From an uncultured Candidatus Rokubacteria bacterium (GTDB taxonomy: Bacteria > Methylomirabilota > Methylomirabilia > Rokubacteriales > DASRDR01), in NCBI GenBank assembly GCA_963826115.1, contig CAWGVS010000012.1:352001-416000 (forward strand): a stretch of 64,000 bases of DNA, read 5' to 3'. Positions within the stretch are counted from its first letter, which is position 1. Each line of letters begins with the position of its first letter. The translations under genes were made by a program, and so were the position numbers. Shown here one piece after another: positions 10,692 through 19,914 of this stretch. Below the pieces are notes generated by a model. That model did no database searches, was not told the origin of the DNA, and saw only the letters and a program-made list of their open reading frames with translations.

Positions 10692-12110
10692 ATGAACGCA
10701 CCGAGGCGGTGGATCTCGGCCCGGGCCGGCCCTCTCACCATGGCCGGGCTCCTCCTCCTGTTCACGATCGCATGCGGTCGCTGGATGATCGTCCTCCACG
10801 AGACAGGGCACGCGGAGACGAACCATGACATCGCGTCGATCAGTCAGGCCGTCTGGAACACGTCCCAGGGCCGGCTCGGCCACGCGACCATCCTCTACGA
10901 GGGCGTCCGGGATCACCTGGAACCCGTACTCCTCGTCTACGCCCTGAACTACACGGTCGGCGGCACGGTCCACACGCTGCTCTACCTCCACGCGCTAGCG
11001 ATTGGCCTCGGCTCACTGCCGTTTTATGCATTCGGCCGCCAGCGCGGCGTCTCCGCAATGGACGCGACGCTCATGGCGACGGGTTACTTGCTCCTGCCCC
11101 CCCTGCATCGACTCATCGAGAAGGACTACTTGCGCACAGACGTGCTGCTCTTCCCGGTACTGGCGCTCCTGGCCTACGCGGTCACCGTGCGGCGCGCCCG
11201 CCTCGCGCTTGCCGCGGCCGCGCTGGCGCTATGTGTGCGGGAGTCTGGGGCGCTGGCGGTCGTAGGTCTCGGACTCCACCGGCTCTGGGTCGAACGGCGC
11301 GTCCCGTCTGGCCTGACGCTGATCGCGGTGGGCGCCCTCTGGATTCCGCTCGTGAACTACGTACTGCTACCGTGGCTTCTCGGTCACCCTACGCTGCACG
11401 CCGTCCAGTTGCGCTCGCCGACCTTGATCGCCGACCAGCTCGCGGCGCTCTGGAGGGAGCGGTGGCCCCTCGGGGTGCTGGCGGCGACCGTCCTGCTACT
11501 GCTCCGACGGCGCTGGGCGGCGCTGCTCGCCCTGGCGCCGCTGCTTGCCCTGCTCTTCTACCGGACGGTCCTCCGCTACTCCGCCACACTGTTCTCGATT
11601 GTGTGGATGAGCATCGTCGACGAGATCGCGCACTGGTCACGCCCGGGGCTGCGGCGAGCCGCACTCATCGCAGCCTCCTGCATCTTCGCGCTCGCCAACG
11701 TGGCCCTCGGCTCGTGGCGCCTCCCCTCGGAGGCAGGAATACGGGATGTCCGTCCGCTGCTTGCTCGGGTACCGCAGGCCGCCAGTGTCTGCGCCGAGTC
11801 GCGCGTGCTCGGCCACCTCTCCTTGCGAGAGCGACTCTACCAGTTCAACCGCGAGCACTACTTTCCGAAGGCGGCTCAGGCCTGCCTGGGCGCCGAGTAC
11901 TTCCTGCTGAATCGGAACGGACGAGACACGTTCTTCGCGCACCGGCTACATGAGGACCGCGCCCAGGCCTTCCGCGACGTGGAAGCTCTCGGTGTCGAAA
12001 CCGTGGCCGAGTCCGGAACCTGGGTGCTCTGGCGTCGTCGCACCCTCGAGGAGCCCCGCGCCTCAGGGGCGCCCCGGGGGACGCGGTTGGGAGGGGGCGC
12101 GGACGACTAG
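10692..12110 (+). CDS. DUF2079-like polytopic membrane protein (putative GT-C glycosyltransferase)
   Basis: DIASISQAVWNT..G, DHLEP and RES motifs, many TM segments; GGAGG RBS before ATG 10692. Confidence 0.65.
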   Translation: MNAPRRWISARAGPLTMAGLLLLFTIACGRWMIVLHETGHAETNHDIASISQAVWNTSQGRLGHATILYEGVRDHLEPVLLVYALNYTVGGTVHTLLYLHALAIGLGSLPFYAFGRQRGVSAMDATLMATGYLLLPPLHRLIEKDYLRTDVLLFPVLALLAYAVTVRRARLALAAAALALCVRESGALAVVGLGLHRLWVERRVPSGLTLIAVGALWIPLVNYVLLPWLLGHPTLHAVQLRSPTLIADQLAALWRERWPLGVLAATVLLLLRRRWAALLALAPLLALLFYRTVLRYSATLFSIVWMSIVDEIAHWSRPGLRRAALIAASCIFALANVALGSWRLPSEAGIRDVRPLLARVPQAASVCAESRVLGHLSLRERLYQFNREHYFPKAAQACLGAEYFLLNRNGRDTFFAHRLHEDRAQAFRDVEALGVETVAESGTWVLWRRRTLEEPRASGAPRGTRLGGGADD

Positions 12111-12394
12111 CTCTCGCGCAGGTCGCGAATTCGCACTCCTGCCTGTTCGGTTGGCTCCCCAACACGCCGCTGGAAGTGCCAGCGAAGGCTGGGCCGCGAC
12201 TTCCCCGCCGAGCTCGAGGACGGTTTGCGGATCGTCGAGAACGCCCCGGTCGGCGTACCCTCGCGTTCGGTCGTCGACCAGGCCCTGACGGAAGACGGTG
12301 CCCGGAGGGAATCGGGCCTTATGAGGGGCCCCGAGGTCGACAAGCCCGTCGACGGACATCCAGGTCCTACACTCTTTTTCGACCGGCCGGCGAT

Positions 12395-12428
12395 ACCCGG
12401 CTTACAGGCTCCCCTGGCGCTCTTCCTT
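12395..12428 (+). repeat. rnpB 3'-end direct repeat, copy 3 (degenerate)
   Basis: ACCCGGCTTACAGGCTCCC-CTGGCGCTCTTCCTT; preceded by CGAT as in copy 2. Confidence 0.88.
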
Positions 12429-12721
12429 CGATGCCGCGTACTTCCACGGCATCGGCTTGCAGCAGCGGCGGGCAATCCCTCGTCCGCGCGCCGGCGTATG
12501 CTGGCGACGGAGGACGCGGCCCATGCGACAGACGAAGATCGTCGTCACGCGCTACGGCGGACCGGAGGTGATCACTGTCGCCGAGCAAGAATGCCCTGCG
12601 CCCATGCCTGGCGAGGTCCGGGTGAAGGTGCTGGCCGCGGGCGTGAGCTTGCCTGACGTACTGGCGCGCGAGGGCGTCCATCCGGAAACCCCGCGCGTGC
12701 CCTATACGCCCGGTTGGGACA

Positions 12722-13866
12722 CTAGTGTCCCGTCACCGAAGTAGAGTTAATATAAGCCATGGCATGCTCCAGGAGGATCGCTATGGCCAATCGCGTGCGT
12801 CCCATCCGCGTGACCGAGGCCGACCGGCATGAACTGGAGCGGCTGCAGCGCGCGTCGTCGATGCGGGCGGGCGTCAGCCGTCGCGCCCGCGCGGTGCTCC
12901 TGATGGCGCACGGACTGTCCGGTGTCGAGGTCGCCACCCGGACGGGGTACACGGTGGTCCAGGTGAGCCGGCTGCGCCGGCGCTTCGCGGAGGGTGGGGT
13001 GGCCGGGTTGCACGAGCGGCCGCGGTCGGGGCGGCCCCCCACGCTCACCGCGCGACAGCGCGCCCGCGTCGTCGCCCTCACCCTGCGCGCGCCGGAGCCC
13101 GGGATGACCCACTGGACCACGCGCGACCTGGCCCGACGCACGGGGGTCTCGCACACGACCGTGCATCGGATCTGGAAGGCCCATGCGCTCCAGCCCCATC
13201 GGCTGACCACGTTCAAGTTCACGACCGATCCCCAGGCCGCGGAGAAGATCGAAGACGTCATCGGGCTGTATCTGCACCCGCCGACGAACGCGATCGTGCT
13301 GTGTCTCGATGAGAAGACGCAGATTCAGGCGTTGAGCCGCACGCAGCCGCTGCTCCCCCTGCGGCCGGGGCTGCCGGCCCGGCAGACCCACGACTACCGA
13401 CGCAACGGGTTGACCAGCCTGTATGCGGCGTTGGACGTGGCCAGCGGACGGGTGCTGGGGGAATGCCGGCCCCGCCACACCGGGGCCGACTTCCTGGCCT
13501 TCCTGAAACGGGTCGCCCACCGGTACCGCGGGCGCGAGTTGCATGTCGTGATGGACAATTCCTCGACGCACTCGACCCCGGCGGTGCAGGCGTGGCTCAC
13601 GGCGCATCCCACCGTGCACCTGCCCTTCACGCCCACGGGCGCCTCGTGGCTGAACATGATCGAGGCGTGGTTCGGGATCCTGACCCGGAAGTCGGTCCGC
13701 CGGGGCTCGTTCGACACCGTCCGCGCCCTGATCCAGCACATCGAGCAGTACATCGCGCACTGGAATGATCACCCAACGCCCTTCATCTGGACGAAGACCC
13801 CGGCCGACATCATCGCCAAGGCCGTCCGGCGCGGTCGTTAACATGACTTCGCGGACGGAACACTAG
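12722..13866 (+). mobile_element. IS630-family insertion sequence
   Basis: Inverted ends CTAGTGTCCCGTCACCGAAGT / ACTTCGCGGACGGAACACTAG (18/21 match), CTAG (TA) target at both sides. Confidence 0.93.
12783..13841 (+). CDS. IS630 family DDE transposase
   Basis: HTH with RSGRP, WTTRDLA, LDEK, MDNSSTH and SWLNMIE (DDE triad); AGGAGG RBS. Confidence 0.93.
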   Translation: MANRVRPIRVTEADRHELERLQRASSMRAGVSRRARAVLLMAHGLSGVEVATRTGYTVVQVSRLRRRFAEGGVAGLHERPRSGRPPTLTARQRARVVALTLRAPEPGMTHWTTRDLARRTGVSHTTVHRIWKAHALQPHRLTTFKFTTDPQAAEKIEDVIGLYLHPPTNAIVLCLDEKTQIQALSRTQPLLPLRPGLPARQTHDYRRNGLTSLYAALDVASGRVLGECRPRHTGADFLAFLKRVAHRYRGRELHVVMDNSSTHSTPAVQAWLTAHPTVHLPFTPTGASWLNMIEAWFGILTRKSVRRGSFDTVRALIQHIEQYIAHWNDHPTPFIWTKTPADIIAKAVRRGR

Positions 13867-13937
13867 TCGGCATCGTGGATCAGATCGGCGAAGGCGTCTC
13901 CGGTTTGGAACTCGGCCAGACGGTTGCGGCCATGCCG

Positions 13938-14066
13938 CGCCGCCGCCAATGCCGCCACGGTCACCGAGAGCCCGATCAGCAGCAGCTGCTGACGGCCCGT
14001 GACCCGCCAGACCGCCCGGTAGAGGTCGAACAGAGTGTCGGCCCGGTACCGCTCCTCGGCACTCAC
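13938..14066 (-). pseudogene. N-terminal fragment of a probable ABC transporter membrane subunit
   Basis: LFDLYRAVWRVTGRQQLLLIGLSVTVAALAAA resembles an ABC exporter N-terminus; it ends at the junction with the MDR remnant. Confidence 0.5.
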
Positions 14067-14345
14067 GTCCGGGCGGCGCCGGAATCGCTGGCGTTCACGC
14101 CCGACGGGGATCCAGGCTCGGTGCTCGGTCGTGACGGCGCCAAGGAGTCGGGAGCGTGTTGGCTCTCCATCACGGTGGCCCTGGCCACGCGATAGACCAC
14201 TACAGTCCTTTCATGGGGCAGGGACCGCCTCATAGTGCCACGGCGCGTCGCTGAAGTGCCCCGGCTCGGAGGGTCACCCCACGGAGGCGGGCCCCGCGCG
14301 ACGAGCCCGGGCATAGGTCCCCTGTCGTCTCGGAGGCGGCGCGGC

Positions 14346-15035
14346 TCAGGAGCTCGGCCCAGGCACCCGTCGCTTTCGCCGCTCAAGCGCGGCGTGCGCC
14401 GCGAACAGGTACCCGCGGCTCCGCTCGGCGTCGAGGCCATACGACAGGCTGCCGGGGCGGACGCGGCGGAGCGCCAGCACCTCCTCGATCATCGCGTGGC
14501 GGTGGCCGAGGTCACGGCTCCGGGCCAGCCAGTCCACCATCTCGCCTATCCGGCCCGGCTGGTCCACCACGTCCCCGATCTCGTACGCGGCCGCGTACCG
14601 GAACATGAGTGTCGTCCGCGTCCACAGGCGCCGGACCGGTCCGCCGCGGGCCGGATCGAGCGCCGCCCCGTCGGTGAAGAGCCGCGCGAGCGTGAACACA
14701 CCGGCCAGGCCCGGGTCTTCCGCGAAGCGGGCCAGCTGGCGGGCGGCCTTCGGGGGGAGCCAGAGGTCGTCGGCGTCGAGCATCGCCACGAACGGGGTCC
14801 GGACGCGGCCGAGGCCCGCCGTCGTCGCGGCCCCGGGCCCGGCGTTCGGCTGCCGGATCACGGTGATCGGTCCCGCGACGGCCGCGGCGACGGCCGCGGT
14901 CTCGTCGGTCGACCCGTCGTCGACGACGACGATCACCTCGGGGAGGAGCGTCTGGCGCAGAACGGACTCGATGGCCGGGCCGATCGTGGCCGCCGCGTTG
15001 TACGCCGGGATGACCACGGTGTACGCGCCCGTCAC
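14346..15035 (-). CDS. Glycosyltransferase family 2
   Basis: VVIPAYNAA, VVDDGSTD and LDADD; GTG overlaps the upstream stop. Confidence 0.9.
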   Translation of the reverse strand: MTGAYTVVIPAYNAAATIGPAIESVLRQTLLPEVIVVVDDGSTDETAAVAAAVAGPITVIRQPNAGPGAATTAGLGRVRTPFVAMLDADDLWLPPKAARQLARFAEDPGLAGVFTLARLFTDGAALDPARGGPVRRLWTRTTLMFRYAAAYEIGDVVDQPGRIGEMVDWLARSRDLGHRHAMIEEVLALRRVRPGSLSYGLDAERSRGYLFAAHAALERRKRRVPGPSS

Positions 15036-15796
15036 TCGCCGAACTCCTCCAGCATCGCCCCCTTCTGGAGGAAGAGCTCCGCGAAGATGGGCGGCAAGCG
15101 GGCGCGGTTCCGCAGGCGGTAGCGCACGGCCCACTTGAGGCTCGCCAGCATGAACTCGCGCTGCCGCTCCTCGACGTTCAGCGTGACGTTCGCGTCGTGG
15201 CGCCGGTAGTAGGCGGCGACTCCGTCGTCCAGCACGAGCCGGCACTCGTGTTCGATGACCCGGAGCACGAAGTCGCTGTCGCACCCCTGACGGAAGCTCT
15301 CGTCGAACCGCCCGACGCGGTCGATCGCGGCCCGGCGGTACATCGCGGCCTGGAGATACGGGCCTCGGAGGCGCTTGGTCGGGCTCCCCGCGGCCGGGGC
15401 CAGCGTCGCGTCGTCGAGCTCCCTGAACATCTCCACCATCCCGTACAGGACGTCGATCGTCGGGTCGGCCTGCAGCAGGGCGTGCTGCCGCGCGATCCGC
15501 CCCGGATAGGACACGTCGTCCGCGTCGAGGAAGGTCACGCACTCGCAGTCGGCATGCAGGTGGTCGAGCCCGGTGTTGCGCGCGGCCGCGATGCCCTTGC
15601 GGGGATTCCGGAGGAGGCGGACCTCCGGGAAGTCGCGGGCGAAGGCCTCGACGATCGTCCGGGTCCCGTCGATGGACCCGTCGTCCACCACGATCACGTC
15701 GAGGTCGACGGCCTGGCGCTCGCGGACGAGCGAGCGAAGGGCCGCCTCGATGAAGCGCGCCGCGTTGAGCGCCGGCATGATGATGCTAACCGGCAC
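15032..15796 (-). CDS. Glycosyltransferase family 2
   Basis: SIIMPALNA, VVDDGSID, ARNTG and FLDADD. Confidence 0.92.
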   Translation of the reverse strand: MPVSIIMPALNAARFIEAALRSLVRERQAVDLDVIVVDDGSIDGTRTIVEAFARDFPEVRLLRNPRKGIAAARNTGLDHLHADCECVTFLDADDVSYPGRIARQHALLQADPTIDVLYGMVEMFRELDDATLAPAAGSPTKRLRGPYLQAAMYRRAAIDRVGRFDESFRQGCDSDFVLRVIEHECRLVLDDGVAAYYRRHDANVTLNVEERQREFMLASLKWAVRYRLRNRARLPPIFAELFLQKGAMLEEFGE

Positions 15797-16877
15797 GGCT
15801 CCCCTCTCGGGCCAGGAAGGCGCCGATCGCGCCGGCGATGTCGGCCGCGTCCTCCGACAGCGTCAGGCGGAACGCGGGGAGGCGCCGCGTGAGGTCGGCC
15901 AGCAGGCGGAAGCCCTCGGCCGTGTCGCCGGGGAGCTGGAACACCCCCGACGGCGCCAGGGCCAGGGCGGCTTCCGAGGCCGTGACCCGCTCCACGGTGG
16001 TGCGGCGGGCGCGGGCGATCTCCGGGATCAGGAGCGCCGTCACCTCCATGCGCTCGACGAGCCCCTTCGGCAGATACCGCATCGCGTCGAGCTCGACCTT
16101 GCCCCGCCAGTTGACCGGGTCCGCGTCGACCGTCGCGATCGGGAGGCCCGCGCGCCGGAGCCCCTCGCGGTCCTGCTTCAGCACGGTGAAGACGGCGTGC
16201 GCCACGACGGGCGGGCCCGGGTCGACCAGCACGTAGTCGTCGCCCACGCTGTCGAGCCCGTTCACGAGTCCGGCGAGCGTCGTGGACGACTTCCCGGATC
16301 CGCTCGGGCCGGCGATCAGGGCGCCCCGTCCCTCCACCCCGAGGGTGGCCGCGTGGGTGAGGCGCAGGCCGGCCCCGGCATAGGCCCAGTGCAGGAAGAG
16401 GCGGAGCGGCGACGCGCACTCCCACGGCGCCAGGCCCAGCTCGGACGACAGCGTCTGCACGCCGATCCCGGTCGCACGGTCGTAGAACTGCCAGGCCGGC
16501 GTGTCGTGATAGTAGAAGCCCCGGAGGTTCCGGACGGCGAGAATCCGCTCGAACTGATGCGAAGAGAACGGCGTCGTCTCGTCCCACGTGGCCGGCGCCG
16601 CCCAGCCGTCCGCCGCCGCGTCCAGCGCGTAGACCTCGAGGCGCGTCGCGCCCGGGTCGTCGCGCTCACGTCTGACGAGCGTGCGCTCGCACAGCGCCGC
16701 GAGCCGAGGACTGGTGAACCAGGCCGTCACGTCGATGCGCGCCACCCGAAGGTCGCGCCGCGTCAGGCTCGCCTTCGGATAGGCGACGGCAGCATCCAGC
16801 CGGTCCCTCGCATAGGCCGGCAGGCCTAGCTCCGACACCGTGAGGGCGGGGGACCCGGACCCACCCTCCACGATCAC
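15786..16877 (-). CDS. HPr kinase-like serine kinase
   Basis: THAA, Walker A GPSGSGKSST and VGDD motifs; GTGA overlap with the PqqD gene. Confidence 0.8.
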   Translation of the reverse strand: MIVEGGSGSPALTVSELGLPAYARDRLDAAVAYPKASLTRRDLRVARIDVTAWFTSPRLAALCERTLVRRERDDPGATRLEVYALDAAADGWAAPATWDETTPFSSHQFERILAVRNLRGFYYHDTPAWQFYDRATGIGVQTLSSELGLAPWECASPLRLFLHWAYAGAGLRLTHAATLGVEGRGALIAGPSGSGKSSTTLAGLVNGLDSVGDDYVLVDPGPPVVAHAVFTVLKQDREGLRRAGLPIATVDADPVNWRGKVELDAMRYLPKGLVERMEVTALLIPEIARARRTTVERVTASEAALALAPSGVFQLPGDTAEGFRLLADLTRRLPAFRLTLSEDAADIAGAIGAFLAREGSRAG

Positions 16878-17716
16878 GGCGTCGGTTGCAGCGTGGGCCA
16901 CCCCGCCTGCTCGTCGACGTCGTGGATGGGATCGCCGTGGATCAGCTCCGCCAGGTCGTCGAACACCTCGATCCCGGGCTCGCCGCCGGTCCAGTCCGCG
17001 GCGATCGGTCCGAGGGGCCCGGCGACGCCGCCGACGCGAGGGCGCACCAGACTGAGCTTGATGAGCCGATCGACGAACGCCGACGACACGTCCGTCAGCT
17101 CGGGACACGCTTCTCCGATGCCGAGCAGGATGGCTCCGGGGGTGTGGCCGGCCAGGAGTGCCGACCAGATCGGCGAGGCGATCCCGTGCAAGCTATAGTA
17201 GTGGCCGTTGTTCAGGTTGAGAATGACCATCTGCCCATCGAAGTCCTCGGCCACGACGTCGGGCGCGTTGATCTCATACCGAGTGGCTCGCTCGACGTCG
17301 GTCAGGACCTCGACTCGGCCGGCGCTGTCCTGAATCAGTGCCGCCAGATCCTCGAAGACCTCGATCTTGGGCTCGCCGCCAGCCCAGTCCGCGGGGACCG
17401 GCCCGGACGACCCGTCGGCGCCGTCGACACGAGGGCGCACCAGCCGGAGCTTGACGACCCGATCGATGAACGCGGCCGACGCGTTCGTCAGCTCGGAGCG
17501 CGCCGTCTCGATGCTGAGCAGGATGGCCCCCGGGGGGTGCCCCGCCAGCAGCGCCGACCAGATCCGCGGGGCGATGCCGTGGAGGCTGTAGTAGTGTCCG
17601 TTGCCCAGGTTGAGAATGACCATCTGCCCATCGAAATCCTCGGCGACCACGTCGGGCGCGTTGATCCCATAACGGGCGGACCGATCTATGCTGCTCACGA
17701 CCATATTGCGGCCCAC
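16874..17716 (-). CDS. Tandem PqqD/RRE-domain protein
   Basis: Two near-identical repeats INAPDVVAEDFDGQMVILNLxNGHYYSLHGIA..IW; C-terminal DPIHDVDEQAGWP tail. Confidence 0.8.
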   Translation of the reverse strand: MGRNMVVSSIDRSARYGINAPDVVAEDFDGQMVILNLGNGHYYSLHGIAPRIWSALLAGHPPGAILLSIETARSELTNASAAFIDRVVKLRLVRPRVDGADGSSGPVPADWAGGEPKIEVFEDLAALIQDSAGRVEVLTDVERATRYEINAPDVVAEDFDGQMVILNLNNGHYYSLHGIASPIWSALLAGHTPGAILLGIGEACPELTDVSSAFVDRLIKLSLVRPRVGGVAGPLGPIAADWTGGEPGIEVFDDLAELIHGDPIHDVDEQAGWPTLQPTP

Positions 17717-17907
17717 GTCCTCCCTCTAAGCCCCGCATTGTATTACACTCCGGCAGCGGCCCCGCATGCGCCGGGGCCGGCCGCAGCGACGCGTCAGCGG
17801 TACAATCGATGCTCGAAGCCGATGTCGTGCGGCCTCCGCGGTCTCAGGTTGGCGCCGGCTCCCAGCGGGGCCGGTTCTCGTTGCGTCACGCCGGTCGGTG
17901 ACCGCCG

Positions 17908-19107
17908 ATGCTGATGACGGAGCTCGGGTTCTCCCCGCCCCGTCCCGACGAGGAAGCGCGAATCGTCGCCCGGGACGCCCGGGGCGAACTCCCGCTCGCC
18001 ATCCAGCAAGATCCCGTCCTCCGGATCCCGGCCGCGGTGCTCAGCGCGGATCCCCTCATCTCGTACTCCGGCAGCCGGATGAGCGCCGCGCGCCTCGGCC
18101 TGGCCGGCGTCGCAGGCCCGGCGCTGCGCGACCGGCCCGCGTGGTTCCTGCTCTCGCCCACGTGGTCGCTCGAGGAGGACGGGGCTGTCGAGATCCTCCG
18201 CGGGCTCGCCGCCCTGCATCGCCGCCAGAGCCCGCAGCACCGGCTGATCTTCGTGTGCAACACGCCCCGGGAGGTCAGCCTCCTGCAGGCCCGCGGCGAG
18301 GCGGCCTTCTTTTTCAACAAGACGGCCCTCACGGTCGAGCGGATCTTCCGGCCCCTCGACGGTGCGCCCCCGGACTTCGAGGCTATCTACAACGCGCGAC
18401 TCCTCCCGTGGAAGCGTCACGAGCTGACGCTCGAGATCCCGCGCTGCGCATTCCTCTACTATCGCGACGAGACCCAACCCAACGCGGTCGGTGACGAAGC
18501 CGCCATCCGGGCCCGGCATGCCGCCGCTCCGGGGCACGTGTTCATCAACGTCACCGGGGAGGATGGCGTGCCGGTTCGACTGTCGCCGGGGGAGGTCAAC
18601 CAGCACCTGAACCGCGCCCGAGTGGGCCTTTGCCTGTCGGAGCGGGAAGGGGCAATGTTCGCCAGCATGGAGTATCTCCTGTCGGGCCTGGCCATCGTCA
18701 CCACCCCGAGCATCGGCGGGCGGGACATCTACTACGATGCGGAGTATTGCTGGACGGTCCCGCCCGACGCCCGGTCGGTGGGCGCGGCCGTTCGGGCGCT
18801 CGTCGACCGGGCGATTCCCCGGGCGCGCGTTCGCGAGCGGACGCTCGGCCAGATCGAGACTCACCGGGCGCGCTTCCTGGGACTGATCAATGCCATCCGC
18901 GAGGAGAGCGGCGCGCCGCCGCTGCGGTCGTCGTGGCCGTTTCGCAAGCCCGTGACGATGCAGTGGCTCCCGCCCGGAGAAGCCGTGGACCGCGCGGTGC
19001 ACGGCGTGGTCGATGCCTTCGAGACCGGGGCCAGGCGCCTCGTTCAGTTGCCCAGGTGGCGCCACGCGCTACGCCGCCTGAAGCGGCGGCTGGAGGGATC
19101 CGCATGA
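17908..19107 (+). CDS. GT-B glycosyltransferase (GT4-like)
   Basis: PWKRH and EGAMFASMEYLLSGLAIVTT (EX7E) motif. Confidence 0.7.
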   Translation: MLMTELGFSPPRPDEEARIVARDARGELPLAIQQDPVLRIPAAVLSADPLISYSGSRMSAARLGLAGVAGPALRDRPAWFLLSPTWSLEEDGAVEILRGLAALHRRQSPQHRLIFVCNTPREVSLLQARGEAAFFFNKTALTVERIFRPLDGAPPDFEAIYNARLLPWKRHELTLEIPRCAFLYYRDETQPNAVGDEAAIRARHAAAPGHVFINVTGEDGVPVRLSPGEVNQHLNRARVGLCLSEREGAMFASMEYLLSGLAIVTTPSIGGRDIYYDAEYCWTVPPDARSVGAAVRALVDRAIPRARVRERTLGQIETHRARFLGLINAIREESGAPPLRSSWPFRKPVTMQWLPPGEAVDRAVHGVVDAFETGARRLVQLPRWRHALRRLKRRLEGSA

Positions 19108-19544
19108 CAGGAGCGAAGTCGAGCCGCCGGCGCGCGTGGGTCCTCCTCGGCGTCGCCCTCCTCGCCACCGCGTGCGGCAGCAGCGGGGGCGGTGCCGGGT
19201 CGTCCGGCGCCCCGGTCATCGACAACCTGCGTGTCACGTACTCCCCCGCGGCCCCGATCGTCGGAGCGCTCGTCCAGGTCGGGCTCCTCGTGGACGTGGT
19301 CGACGCCGACGGGGACTGGGTGGGCGGCCTGTGCCGCTTCGTCACGGGCAACCAGCTGGAGGTGCCGGTCTCCACGTCGGGCCTGCCGGCAAACGCAACC
19401 AGCGGCACCGCCATCTGCGCCTTCGTCGAGACGTTCACGAACGACCAGGTCCGCATCGACCTGGTCCTGGTAGACCGGACGGGCCACGAGTCGAACGTCG
19501 TGAGCGGCGAGGTCGTCCTCCAGGGACGAGGCCCGCGCCGCTAA
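19104..19544 (+). CDS. Putative lipoprotein
   Basis: Signal peptide with lipobox LATAC and a Gly/Ser linker; ATGA overlap. Confidence 0.6.
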   Translation: MTGAKSSRRRAWVLLGVALLATACGSSGGGAGSSGAPVIDNLRVTYSPAAPIVGALVQVGLLVDVVDADGDWVGGLCRFVTGNQLEVPVSTSGLPANATSGTAICAFVETFTNDQVRIDLVLVDRTGHESNVVSGEVVLQGRGPRR

Positions 19545-19580
19545 CCGGCGACCGCGCCGGCGCGGCCATCGGGACGGCGC

Positions 19581-19898
19581 CTAGAAGGCCCCCCGCCGGG
19601 TCCGGCTGAACGTCGGCAACAGGACCGCGCTCATCGCCAGGACCGCGAGCGCGGTCGTGACCGCGCCGGTCGCGGTGTCGAAGACGGCCAGCACCGAGTC
19701 GCCGGCCATGTCGATGACGCGACCCTGGTGGGCCTCGACCTGCGCGGTGAACTCGGCCCGCGCCGCGTCGAGGGCGGCGACCGTCGCCCGCTCGTCCGCG
19801 GCCATGAGGCGCGAGTATCCGGCGACGTCCGCCACCAGGATGACCGCCAGCCGCTGCCGGATCCCGGAGTCGCTCAGGGGAGCCGCCGCGGCCCGCAC
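19581..19898 (-). pseudogene. Adenylate/guanylate cyclase N-terminal fragment
   Basis: RLAVILVADVAGYSRLM...GRVIDMAGDSVLAVF; the second half of the catalytic domain is missing. Confidence 0.75.
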
Positions 19899-19914
19899 GC
19901 GAAGCGGGGGCGCG

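Larger units (their letters stand above)
12523..13937 (+). pseudogene. MDR/quinone oxidoreductase interrupted by IS630 and truncated
   Basis: MRQTKIVVTRYGGPEV...GEVRVKVLAAGV...PYTPGWD | IS | LVGIVDQIGEGVSGLELGQTVAAMP, then homology ends. Confidence 0.85.

Noticed and set aside
14063-14233. Precursor peptide for the PqqD cluster
   Set aside because: No recognisable leader motif or good RBS; it cannot be supported.
14346-17716. Canonical lasso peptide or PQQ biosynthesis cluster
   Set aside because: No lasso cyclase or B2 protease, and no pqqB/C/E in the window.
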